Assembly (NCBI GenBank): GCA_041739995.1
Contig: JBGSMV010000016.1
Coordinates: forward strand, 11,650-75,649
Length of the DNA stretch: 64,000 nt
Reading direction: 5' to 3'
DNA from: Bdellovibrionota bacterium
Lineage (GTDB): Bacteria; Bdellovibrionota_C; UBA2361; JBGSMV01
Shown: positions 10,371 to 19,302 of the stretch, piece by piece
Numbering within the stretch: the first letter of the stretch is position 1
How the letters are laid out: every line of letters starts with the position of its first letter
Notes under the pieces: model-generated
Seen by the model: the letters and a program-made list of their open reading frames with translations, nothing else
Database searches by the model: none
Told to the model about the DNA's origin: nothing
Made by a program: the position numbers and the translations under genes

Positions 10371-12413
10371 ATGGAATCTCTTTATCGCCGAGTGGTCTCT
10401 AGCCGCTACTTTCCATGGTACTGCTTAGTCTATGCGCTTGGACTCGCGCTGCGCTGGGTGATGCTTGATGATCGCCCAGTGCATCACGACGAGTCCTTGC
10501 ACTACATGTACGGGCGCTACTTTTTTGATTTCCCTGAGCAGAACTTTCACAAGTACGACCCGATGCTGCACGGGCCGATACTCTATAACTCACTTCGGCT
10601 CGTGTATCTCACGCTTGGCAGTTCAACCTGGGCGGGGCGTGCGTTCATTGCGCTGCTCGGCTCCGCCTTCATCTTCGTTCCACTGCTCTTTCGCAAATTC
10701 TTTCATCCGCGCGCACTCCTGGTGCTGGTGACCGCGTTAGCGCTTTCACCCACGCTGACTTTTTGGACCAGGTTCTTGCGTGAGGACATGCTCCAGATTT
10801 GGGCAACCACGCTGGTTTTCTATGGAGTACTTCTTGCACGCGCGGAGCGTAAAGCTCTGTTTGTTTTGGTGGGATGCGCTTTGCAGTGGTGCATCAAGGC
10901 AAATTTCTTTGTGCACCTGGCAATTTTGATTGGCTATCTGGTGTTCGAATTCGCATGGGACGCGATCGTTCGCAAGAAGTACGACGGACTGCTGGTTCGC
11001 TTGTTCCGCTATCTTAGGCAGTATGAGAAGCAGACCCTTTTTGCGTTCGGCACGGCTGCGTTTGTTTTCACTTACTTCTACTCAAGCGGTTACCGCTATA
11101 GCGCAGGGCTATTAGATGGGCTCTATCGCAAGAGCTTCTTGTACTGGATTAATCAGCACAACATCGAGCGCATTCCAGGTCCCTTCATGTTTCACGTGTA
11201 CCAGCTTAGTTGGTACGAATTCTTGTTCATGGTTGCCTTCTTCATTCAGGCCGCTTTGATGTATTTGCGCGGGCCGCGCCTTATTAAAATTGCGGGAGTG
11301 AGTGCGGGCCTCGCCACCCTGCTTTTGTCTTCACTCGCCGCCTATCACCAATCCGCTTTAGGAAAGCCCTTTGAAGGCGTTGCCCCGTGGAATCTTCTAA
11401 ATCTAAAGAGCTATTTTGACGTGTTCGGGTTGTTGCCGATTGACGTGCTTGGATGTTGTTTCCTTATTTTTCATGCGGTGTTGGTGACGGTGTATCACTT
11501 GTTGCGGGAGGAACGAGGCGCGGCGTTCTTTGGCTATCTCTTCATGGCGCTCTTTTTCACCTACAGCTATTTAGGCGAAAAGGTGCCGTGGCTTGCCATC
11601 TATCCGTTTCTTGCCGGAGTTATTTATTTGGTGCTGTTCTTTCAAGGCTACTTTAAAGGTCGTGACTCTGCTGAGTTCGCAAATTTCCCAGTCGCGCGAC
11701 TGATGCGCGTAACCGCCTGTATTTTAGCCGGGTTTGGACTGATTTTTCTTATTGAAGATCCTGATAGTTTAGCCAGAAATCTGCCCGCGGACCTTACGGC
11801 TGCGCAGCAATTTATCCTTGGTGCGTTGAAGAATGCCCCAATACTTACCGCCGGCGTTCTACTTTTTCCTATCACTTTGCTTGCGAAGCGCCTCAACCTG
11901 TTAGGAACGATAAATATTGGTGTGGTGGCGATGATAGGACTGATTCTATTCAACGTGCGCGCCACCTGGATGGTAAATCAGGTCAATGGTGGAAAGTCGA
12001 GCGAGTTCATGAGTCAGGTGCATACCACCAAGGAGTTACAAGACTTTGCGCTTGATATCCGTCATCAAATTCTCACCCCAACTTCCGGCAAGAAGCCTAC
12101 CGTATACGTAACGGGGGAGAGCACCTGGCCGCTTACCTGGTACTTCGTAGACCTTCCAGAATATAAGTTCACCGCAACTTCAGAGGAGATGGAGAAGTTT
12201 GATTATCGTTTCATCGACTTCGAGTCAGATAAGGCCAAGCAGTTTCCGGGCTATCGTAGGGTCGATTTAAATCTTAGAGGATGGTGGGTGCCGGACTACG
12301 CCAAGATGACTTTCGCAAATTTCTTATACTACTCGCTCACTCAAGTGCCATTTAGTCCAGTCGGATATTCGTATGTGACCGTGCTGGTGAAAGAGCCGGT
12401 GAGCCAGCCTTAA
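10371..12413 (+). CDS. Multi-TM glycosyltransferase-like protein (TIGR03663/Agl23-like, GT-C/PMT superfamily)
   Basis: LDDRPVHHDESLH, YDPMLHGP, TRFLRED, YSYLGEKVPWL and TWPLTWY motifs; many TM helices. Confidence 0.75.
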   Translation: MESLYRRVVSSRYFPWYCLVYALGLALRWVMLDDRPVHHDESLHYMYGRYFFDFPEQNFHKYDPMLHGPILYNSLRLVYLTLGSSTWAGRAFIALLGSAFIFVPLLFRKFFHPRALLVLVTALALSPTLTFWTRFLREDMLQIWATTLVFYGVLLARAERKALFVLVGCALQWCIKANFFVHLAILIGYLVFEFAWDAIVRKKYDGLLVRLFRYLRQYEKQTLFAFGTAAFVFTYFYSSGYRYSAGLLDGLYRKSFLYWINQHNIERIPGPFMFHVYQLSWYEFLFMVAFFIQAALMYLRGPRLIKIAGVSAGLATLLLSSLAAYHQSALGKPFEGVAPWNLLNLKSYFDVFGLLPIDVLGCCFLIFHAVLVTVYHLLREERGAAFFGYLFMALFFTYSYLGEKVPWLAIYPFLAGVIYLVLFFQGYFKGRDSAEFANFPVARLMRVTACILAGFGLIFLIEDPDSLARNLPADLTAAQQFILGALKNAPILTAGVLLFPITLLAKRLNLLGTINIGVVAMIGLILFNVRATWMVNQVNGGKSSEFMSQVHTTKELQDFALDIRHQILTPTSGKKPTVYVTGESTWPLTWYFVDLPEYKFTATSEEMEKFDYRFIDFESDKAKQFPGYRRVDLNLRGWWVPDYAKMTFANFLYYSLTQVPFSPVGYSYVTVLVKEPVSQP

Positions 12414-12670
12414 TGTTTCAGGTAGTTGACGAACGTTAACCCTAGAGTCGAAGCAAACAGTACGAGCAAGCCCTACGCTAAGTTTTTACCTGTCAACAAA
12501 AGCAGGCGAAGATCCGTTGATTAGGGGGCATTTTGAGCAGATGATTTGATGCACGAACAGGCGGGCGCTTGCCGTTATCAGGCTACATATGAGTCATAGC
12601 CAACTTAGAACTCCGACTCTATTGGACGAAGAAACCATATCGGCTGCGGTGGCGGTCTGAGATTTATGCT

Positions 12671-12829
12671 TTGAAAGAGCTGACGATCGTCGGTACTTCC
12701 GATAGGATTTCGATCTTTGCTCTTTCAACTTTCGACACGGACTACCTGCTAATCGGAAAGGATAACTTCACCAAAGCCAAGGAGGTCCTTACGGCCAGTG
12801 GTCGTACGATAATTGGTGAAGCCGATTGA
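12671..12829 (+). pseudogene. C-terminal remnant of an ACT-domain protein
   Basis: Translates to ...ISIFALSTFDTDYLLIGKDNFTKAKEVL, matching the ISIFAxST(F/Y)DTDY motif of small ACT proteins. The N-terminal part is missing (in-frame stop at 12590). Confidence 0.6.
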
Positions 12830-12948
12830 TCGGCCGGATACTTCCTCCGTTCCCGATAACAACTGAACAGAAGCAAATCGTCGCGTCGAGCGAGGGGCCT
12901 GGTGCTCGACACCTAGAGCGATGTCGAGCACCCAAAGGAGAATCTTTG

Positions 12949-13641
12949 TTACTGAATAGTTCTTTCTAAAAACACACCATTCTCTACAGTTTCGACTTGC
13001 ACCGTATCGTTTTTCTTTAGGTTCGGAATGACCGCATTAAGATGAAGCGCACTGACGCACTCGCCCGAAAGGGTGCGCACTCGTCGGCGAGATTTGGAGC
13101 GAACGGCTGCGCTGTATTTCGCTACACTTCCCTGTGCTTGGCTTGATGCAGTTCCAATGAAGTCCAACGAGCAACTTGAGACCACTATGCCTTGCCGAAT
13201 AACTCGTGCGGTGACCGGCAGCGTGTCTGCTTGTGTGACATCAAGCACATTCGGAACGCTGGCACCCAGCGGAATGCGCACTTTGACATGGAATCGTGCC
13301 GGTTGTGTTGCGCTCCTGCGTCGAAATTGAGCGCGGCCCGTCGCTTGCGTTTCAATCCCCACTGCCGGTGAAAGTTGAGCATGTACCGTTGTGCCACTTG
13401 TTGAGCTTCCTGCAGACGACGAGCTTCCACTGCTATGGGAATGCGCGCTGCTGCCTTGAGAACTTGAGGCGGAAGAGTTTGACCCGGAAGAGTTTGAGAA
13501 GGAGGAGGCTGAGGAACTCGAGGAGCTCCCGTCATCGTCGTCATCACCGCCATGTGCCAAGCTGGTACTGGGCAAAATGGCGAGAGCAAGGCATAGAAAT
13601 GGAAGTGCCAGAGTCTGTTTTCTTAAGAATCTTAGGCCCAT
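12949..13641 (-). CDS. Exported Ser-rich hypothetical protein
   Basis: Signal peptide ending SLA-HGG, then an acidic patch and a poly-Ser linker; SD GGAG. Confidence 0.75.
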   Translation of the reverse strand: MGLRFLRKQTLALPFLCLALAILPSTSLAHGGDDDDDGSSSSSSASSFSNSSGSNSSASSSQGSSAHSHSSGSSSSAGSSTSGTTVHAQLSPAVGIETQATGRAQFRRRSATQPARFHVKVRIPLGASVPNVLDVTQADTLPVTARVIRQGIVVSSCSLDFIGTASSQAQGSVAKYSAAVRSKSRRRVRTLSGECVSALHLNAVIPNLKKNDTVQVETVENGVFLERTIQ

Positions 13642-13687
13642 AATGAATCTCCGTTTATGATAAAATATAGTCTAATTGCTGTATTGA

Positions 13688-14539
13688 TTAGTCTTCCTTC
13701 CTCAGGCGCTCCAGCAGAACTTGTCCGCCAGAGGTGCTCCCGCGAGCTTCAACTAATTCCCCCACTGCAAAGTTTTCCAAAGCGGTGTCTTCACCTTCTT
13801 CGTCCTCGAACCTAGTGCTTGGCTGGGGGATGAAGTTCACGTTGCTGACGCGCACTACTGAGCTGCTAATCGCTTGAATTGGACCGGTTCTTCGAACCTC
13901 ACTACCGGTCGAAGAACTGCTGTTTTCTGACGAAGATGAACCGCTATTCGATGTCTGTGAGCTGCTTGAGCTGTCTCCGGAGGAACTACTATTGGATGAA
14001 TCGTCGTCTGAGGACGATCCACTGGAGGACGGACTGCTTAAGGAGCTGCTGCTGTTCTGGTCGGAGGAGTTCGAGGCTGAGTCGTTTGAAGAACCCGCAC
14101 TCGAGTTGCTTGTGGTAGAGCTAATGCTCGAGGATGAATACGAAGCGGGTGGGCGCTCAATCACAACTTCATCGGGTACGACAGAATTTTGTTCAACACT
14201 GGCGCGGAAGGTCGCCGTGACTTTGGAAGCGTCTCCCGGCACATCAGTGATTGTTGAGGTGGTATTGAGCCCTTGTCCCTCAAAGAGCAGGCCAAACTCA
14301 GCGGCTCTTTCAGCGATGAGAGCAAAGCGTCCATCTGAATTGGTGATATCTGCATCGCCTGATGCCTGGTCGGTTACCATAACGCCGACCACGGGACTGT
14401 TGGTCTGAGTCAACAGGCGACCGTCAATAGTGATTCCACCGGATCCAGAGGTGCCCCCGCCACAGCTTGCCAGTACGCCCCAAAGCGACATCACCATGAG
14501 GGCCAGTGGGCGCGTTAAGAGAAATCGCTTGATATTCAT
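13688..14539 (-). CDS. Ser-rich lipoprotein with a C-terminal DUF5666-like domain
   Basis: Lipobox LASC-GGG, a beta-sandwich-like N domain, a ~80-aa Ser-rich linker, and a C-terminal GPIQAIS...VGELVEARG pattern. ATGA overlap with the upstream gene. Confidence 0.7.
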   Translation of the reverse strand: MNIKRFLLTRPLALMVMSLWGVLASCGGGTSGSGGITIDGRLLTQTNSPVVGVMVTDQASGDADITNSDGRFALIAERAAEFGLLFEGQGLNTTSTITDVPGDASKVTATFRASVEQNSVVPDEVVIERPPASYSSSSISSTTSNSSAGSSNDSASNSSDQNSSSSLSSPSSSGSSSDDDSSNSSSSGDSSSSSQTSNSGSSSSENSSSSTGSEVRRTGPIQAISSSVVRVSNVNFIPQPSTRFEDEEGEDTALENFAVGELVEARGSTSGGQVLLERLRKED

Positions 14540-15387
14540 AACTCACCATTATGTCTTTGCTTATTCTGAATGGTTGTACTCTTTGAGCGATCCATACCTA
14601 AGCTGCTAAAGCTGAAAGACCCGACAACGATCCTTGCGGTGCCAGAGTCAGCATCGAGCTGTTGAGTGACATCTCGATCCTGACTGGCGAGGTATCGACG
14701 TACTTTTTGATGAAAAAGGCTCCCCTCCTTCATTATCCACTCGCGAATACGGGAGACTTTGGACTCTGGAATGTTGTCGAAGGAGGTCTTCAAGTGATGA
14801 TGCTTGTCGGCGCTTGTACCAAATAGATTTTCCTCAACTGCAAGGCCCAGATCAATGGTATCTTCCCCCCACTGCTCAAGTTGCTCGTTAATATTGTCAG
14901 AAGGGGCATAGTCACGCCAAATGAGCTTTACGATACCATGCTTTCGCTCAACGATTCCGCGGCGTTCCATTTCAAACAAGAGGGTGTAACCACTTAAGTC
15001 GCCGCCATTTACCGATTCCACTAATTTGGCAAACTCGCTCGCGCGACCCTCACAGCTAAGCACGCGAGGCTTTCTCGCCTTAGTGGTGAATCGGGCGCTA
15101 TTCTGCCATTGAGCCATCACCCGGCTGATGAGAGAACCGGGAGATCTGATTGGTTTAGAGTTGTTGGCGAGTCTTGCAACATCTTTGCGATGCACCCCCG
15201 TCATGGCGCTCACCCTACTGGCGCTAGTTGACTCTCCGGATGAGGAAATTGAGCGCTCCGCTGCTTCAACCATTATGCCCTTTAGTATTTCGATCATCTC
15301 GTTAAGTTGAATGCCGTAGCGCAGCGCAAGAAGTACGGCCGGTCGAAGCAGTTTGCGGAGAATATGGGGTGCTCGCTCGCTATCCAC
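14536..15387 (-). CDS. DUF6502 family protein (HTH-like)
   Basis: LLRPAVLLALRYG, SRVSAMTGVHRKDV and EFAKLVESV patterns; the family commonly precedes DUF5666 genes. Confidence 0.75.
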   Translation of the reverse strand: MDSERAPHILRKLLRPAVLLALRYGIQLNEMIEILKGIMVEAAERSISSSGESTSASRVSAMTGVHRKDVARLANNSKPIRSPGSLISRVMAQWQNSARFTTKARKPRVLSCEGRASEFAKLVESVNGGDLSGYTLLFEMERRGIVERKHGIVKLIWRDYAPSDNINEQLEQWGEDTIDLGLAVEENLFGTSADKHHHLKTSFDNIPESKVSRIREWIMKEGSLFHQKVRRYLASQDRDVTQQLDADSGTARIVVGSFSFSSLGMDRSKSTTIQNKQRHNGEL

Positions 15388-15795
15388 TACTGTTCTGCCT
15401 TATGCTGGGATTTAATCACATTACTAAGCTGTCGTAAAGAATGCTCGGTTGGCGTGGCTAAAATTGGCCATAAGATACTGAAAATATGCAGGTTATATTG
15501 AACTAGGGACACTTGCGCCGGCGACTTCTGGCCAGAAATGACGCATTGGGGGACTACCCTGTGGCTTTGGTGGTGCTGGACTTAAGAGATGGGGAGGTAA
15601 CTTGGGTCTCGAGCTATCAAGAGCAAGTATTTAGAGAAAGTATCAAGAAAAAGGGTGAGGGAAATTTCAGGTGAATATGGCTGAAATGGACGAGCGATAG
15701 CATTTCCTTGAGTGACGATTGAACCATTAGGTATTTGTGTAATGCCACAAATACTCAAACCACCTTGAAAGAAGCACAACAAGAAATGCCACAAG

Positions 15796-15842
15796 AAAAG
15801 CACCCCCGGGAACGGCTTGGGGCCAAGCCGTCCCGGGAGTGC
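15796..15842 (-). terminator. Intrinsic terminator of the 15884-16486 gene
   Basis: Long stem GCACTCCCGGGACGGCTTGG/CCAAGCCGTTCCCGGGGGTGC followed by TTTTC on the minus strand. Confidence 0.65.
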
Positions 15843-15883
15843 GAGAGGAGAGAGGCCTCATGGAAATGCGGAAAAAAAAGGTC

Positions 15884-16486
15884 TCAGGTTGAAGCGGAGA
15901 CGAGTCGCGAGTCAGCGGAACCCTTCAGCTGAATCCACCTCTCGTGCGTCGACTTGAGCGCTTTCAAGTGAACGCCGCTGCGAAGGCCGCTGGTGAACGC
16001 CTCACACTCCTTCACGGGGTGATTCGTTCCGAGCTTGATCACGAAGGGGTGCGCCTGGGTGCCCTTGTCGACATTGCCAAGAAGCTCCTGCACGCGCTCA
16101 AGGCGTGTGCAAAGCTTCATGTAGCGACCCTCATCATCGAAAATCCAGGCCAGACGCTGCCGAATCTCCTGGATGGAGTAGGTGTTCAGCAGCACCGCCA
16201 ACAGCGCCTTGAGCTCGTCGTCATGGCCGACAGGAACGGGGCCTTTCGCCTTGATGCTCCAGCCATCCTTGGCGCAGGCCACGATCTGATAGAAGGTGTT
16301 GACCACGTTGGCCAGCACCAGTTCCTCCGCCTTGGTCACCGAGCGCTCTGCGGGATCGCTCCGACCTTGGAAGGCGCGCGTCCGAACACCTGCGACAGAA
16401 ACTCCGGCGTGCGGGGGCGTCGTGCCATTGGAATGATGCGTGCGTGCAGCATGCCCGTTCGTTTCACTGCTCCTCGTAGTACTCAT
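15884..16486 (-). CDS. Hypothetical protein (200 aa)
   Basis: Strong SD (AAGAGGTG) before the ATG, GC3-rich codons and its own terminator. Confidence 0.7.
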   Translation of the reverse strand: MSTTRSSETNGHAARTHHSNGTTPPHAGVSVAGVRTRAFQGRSDPAERSVTKAEELVLANVVNTFYQIVACAKDGWSIKAKGPVPVGHDDELKALLAVLLNTYSIQEIRQRLAWIFDDEGRYMKLCTRLERVQELLGNVDKGTQAHPFVIKLGTNHPVKECEAFTSGLRSGVHLKALKSTHERWIQLKGSADSRLVSAST

Positions 16487-16970
16487 CGTTCACCTCTTTG
16501 CAGAATTCCCCAGCGAGAAAGTTCGACCAGCACATGGACCTGGGTGTTTCCATGCGTAGCAAAAGTGAGCGAGGCAACGCACACTATCGCTACGCACGGG
16601 ACCGTCAGTCCGGAATGCATGACATTGTTTTCTCTAGTGGAGTACTGAAGAGGCGAAACGCAAAAACCACTAAGCCCAGCTACAGTAGAAACCTGCAGCA
16701 GGAGAACCTTAGGTATCACTCAAGGAATGCTCGCGAGTTAAAAGGTTGAACGCGAAGGGCGCCTTTCAACTAGCGAGCATCCTCGAACCAAACTACCCAA
16801 AACTCTAATGAAAGTGAGCAATTGGGCGACCCTAACACAAGCCTAACACTCAACATAGAGCAAAAGGACCAAAGAGATTTTTGAAATTTGGGGGAATATT
16901 TCTGCCGAGCAGGAAGCTACTGGACTCAGCAAAATGTTGCTCACCCACCAGAGAAAGTCATGGTGATGCC

Positions 16971-17014
16971 TGTGGAAAAAGCTGTGGAAAACTCCAGAAT
17001 GAGTCTGTGGAAAA
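16971..17014 (+). promoter_or_regulatory. Cluster of three DnaA-box-like 9-mers
   Basis: TGTGGAAAA (reverse complement TTTTCCACA, matching TTWTNCACA) at 16971, 16983 and 17006. Confidence 0.45.
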
Positions 17015-17064
17015 CCCTGTGGAGTGATTTTTTGGCGGTTCTCAGGAGGACACGGAGGAAGGAT

Positions 17065-19191
17065 CTAGGGGGTGATCACGAGGTACTCGGCGCTGCGCGC
17101 GAACTCAGTTAAGCAGTTGAGATTATTAGAAGCCGACTCCCCAAACTTTTGTTTTTCAAGACTTCCAATCACCACATGTGAAATGTTCTCGGTAAGGAGC
17201 ATGGTTTTACGTTTCCCACAGTCCTCCTCCCGGTACCAACTGTTGGTAAATTCTTCACGTCTACGGACTTCATCATATTTATTAGTGAGAAGGCCGACAT
17301 GATTGCCCCAGCCTAGAAACGACTGCTGGCCAGATAGCGTCGCCACAAAGGTGGTGTAGTCGTAGGCGTTTCCTTGAGCCTCCAGAATCACTGCTCCCTC
17401 TTGGGTGGAGAGCTTCTTAATCGTGTCAGCTGCGCCAGGGAAACGCTGATCGACCGTGCTCAGTCCTTGGGTGAAAGGTCCCACAGAGAACCGTTCGGTT
17501 TTTCGCATGGGAATAGTTCGGTAGAAAAATCCAAGCATGAGCACCAACACGCAGGTGACAACCAGCGGTGCGGGCATCAGTTGGCTTGCTCCTTTGCGAA
17601 ACCTCGCCGGAACGTGGGCAAAGGCTTCTCGCCCCACCACAAACATCGCCATCCAGCCGAACCACCAGGCCGCGCTATAAAATTTAAAAATTGTGTTCAT
17701 GCGTTCGATGTCGTCGCCGTAGGCATCGTTCACAAAGGCTATTTCTGGAAACAATATGGCGGATACAAAGGCCAGAGGGAGAGCGGCCGCAAGCGCCTTT
17801 GTGCCTGGAGACCAGGTTCGCTCGGGGTTTTCCTGTCGAAGGAAGACCACGAAGTAAATCAAAGCAACCAAGAGCAAGAACACTAGCGGAAGGAGTGCGT
17901 CTTCGCCAAAAAAAGCCCCAAGTACTAAAATCGCTGCGCCGACTATGCCAAGAATAAAGTCGTTAGACATAATTCTTACGACAAGTCCGAGTGCAATAAA
18001 CACCAACGGAATTCCCCAATGCTGAAACATGGAAGCTACCGGCGTTCTCAGCAGAGGTTTTTGCACGAATTCTAGTTCAAAATTATCAGGAGATCTTAGG
18101 TGCAATGTCGACCAAATTAATACGCCGGCAAGCGCTATGGCCGAGACTCCAAGCGCCACTGTTCGAGGCGAGAGGGCAGAGGCAAAATGTTCTCTCAATG
18201 CGGATACTTTAGTTTCTTGGCTACCTGCAGGCATTTCTTTCCAGGCCATGAGAGCAAGGGCGACGGCTCCCCAAAAGGTGAGCAAAGCCCAGACTGGAAG
18301 CTCCCATGCATTGGCGGCATAGAGCCAACAAGGAGCCAAGATTGCCCAAACAGATATGGCATTCAGCGCACGCCAGCCGGTCCAGCCAGACCGCAGACTT
18401 AAGAGCACAATAGACGCTAGCAGCGGAAGCGCGCACAGGTTTAAGTAGTGTGGATGCAAGTCTCCGAGCAAAAACGACCAGGCGGGAAATTCGTTTATGG
18501 CGCCATTAATGACGCGTGAGGGCCCCCACCAGTTTCCGTCACGCGTGAGTGCATGAGTAATTCCCGACCAGTTTGACCCAAGCGCAATGACCAGCGCGCC
18601 TGTGACTGAAGCGAGTGCGGAAAATTTAAAGTGAAGCAAGAGAATGCGGAAGCAACATGCAAAGTATGCAGCGAGCGAGAGTGCTGCCATTTGATGATAG
18701 ATGGCCCAAACGGGCTCTCCAAAAAGTGAGCCGATAAACTGACCAAATCGATACCAGTACACGTAATAGTTTAAGACGGTACCGGACATCCAGGGCTCTG
18801 GCGGAGCGAGGGGGTCGCGGTAGGTTGCGGCAAGAATCGCATAATCGCGGAGACGCTCACCGATGGAAATAAAGTCCGGCCAAAGGAGCGCCACTCGGTA
18901 GAGAAAAATATAAGCAGCAACGAGCGCGATCGAACTGAGCCACTCTTCGCGGCGCGAAATATTGAAACTAGCAACCTTACTTCCGTCATAGGGAGTGCTG
19001 CATTTAAAAATGAGCACGGCGACGGAGGCGAGCGCGATATACGAAGCGACAGTAGAGGCACCGAGCAAAGACCCGAGACCAAAGAAAACGACGGGAGAGG
19101 CAAAGAGCACACCGAGCGTTACTTCGATACATGGGCGCTTCAGGCGCAAGCAAGCGGCGAGGAGAACTAGGAGTAGAAGAAATATCGTCAT
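17065..19191 (-). CDS. DUF2298 / YYY-domain membrane protein (TIGR03662-like, GT-C-like)
   Basis: PPEPWMSGTVLNYYVY, INEFPAWSFLLGDLHPH, RMNTIFKFY and VILEAQG motifs. Start re-set to the ATG at 19191. Confidence 0.8.
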   Translation of the reverse strand: MTIFLLLLVLLAACLRLKRPCIEVTLGVLFASPVVFFGLGSLLGASTVASYIALASVAVLIFKCSTPYDGSKVASFNISRREEWLSSIALVAAYIFLYRVALLWPDFISIGERLRDYAILAATYRDPLAPPEPWMSGTVLNYYVYWYRFGQFIGSLFGEPVWAIYHQMAALSLAAYFACCFRILLLHFKFSALASVTGALVIALGSNWSGITHALTRDGNWWGPSRVINGAINEFPAWSFLLGDLHPHYLNLCALPLLASIVLLSLRSGWTGWRALNAISVWAILAPCWLYAANAWELPVWALLTFWGAVALALMAWKEMPAGSQETKVSALREHFASALSPRTVALGVSAIALAGVLIWSTLHLRSPDNFELEFVQKPLLRTPVASMFQHWGIPLVFIALGLVVRIMSNDFILGIVGAAILVLGAFFGEDALLPLVFLLLVALIYFVVFLRQENPERTWSPGTKALAAALPLAFVSAILFPEIAFVNDAYGDDIERMNTIFKFYSAAWWFGWMAMFVVGREAFAHVPARFRKGASQLMPAPLVVTCVLVLMLGFFYRTIPMRKTERFSVGPFTQGLSTVDQRFPGAADTIKKLSTQEGAVILEAQGNAYDYTTFVATLSGQQSFLGWGNHVGLLTNKYDEVRRREEFTNSWYREEDCGKRKTMLLTENISHVVIGSLEKQKFGESASNNLNCLTEFARSAEYLVITP

Positions 19192-19302
19192 ATTCCGGGG
19201 CAGCGTACCAGGGGCGCGTGGAGCCGTGAAGCCTGTTTGCATGGGGAGCAGCGATAAATGGGTGCTTGACGTTGATTGCCTAGTCCACAAGGCTCTCCCC
19301 AT

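Noticed and set aside
15944..16648. 234-aa plus-strand ORF
   Set aside because: Antisense shadow of the SD- and terminator-supported minus gene.
16645..16660. Hammerhead-like CTGAAGAG..GAAA
   Set aside because: Only 3 nt lie between the core strands, so stem II cannot form.
19192..19302. Apparent overlapping or zero-gap divergent starts (ORFs 17065-19302 and 19276-20910)
   Set aside because: Better starts at 19191 and 19303 leave an ordinary 111-bp divergent promoter gap.
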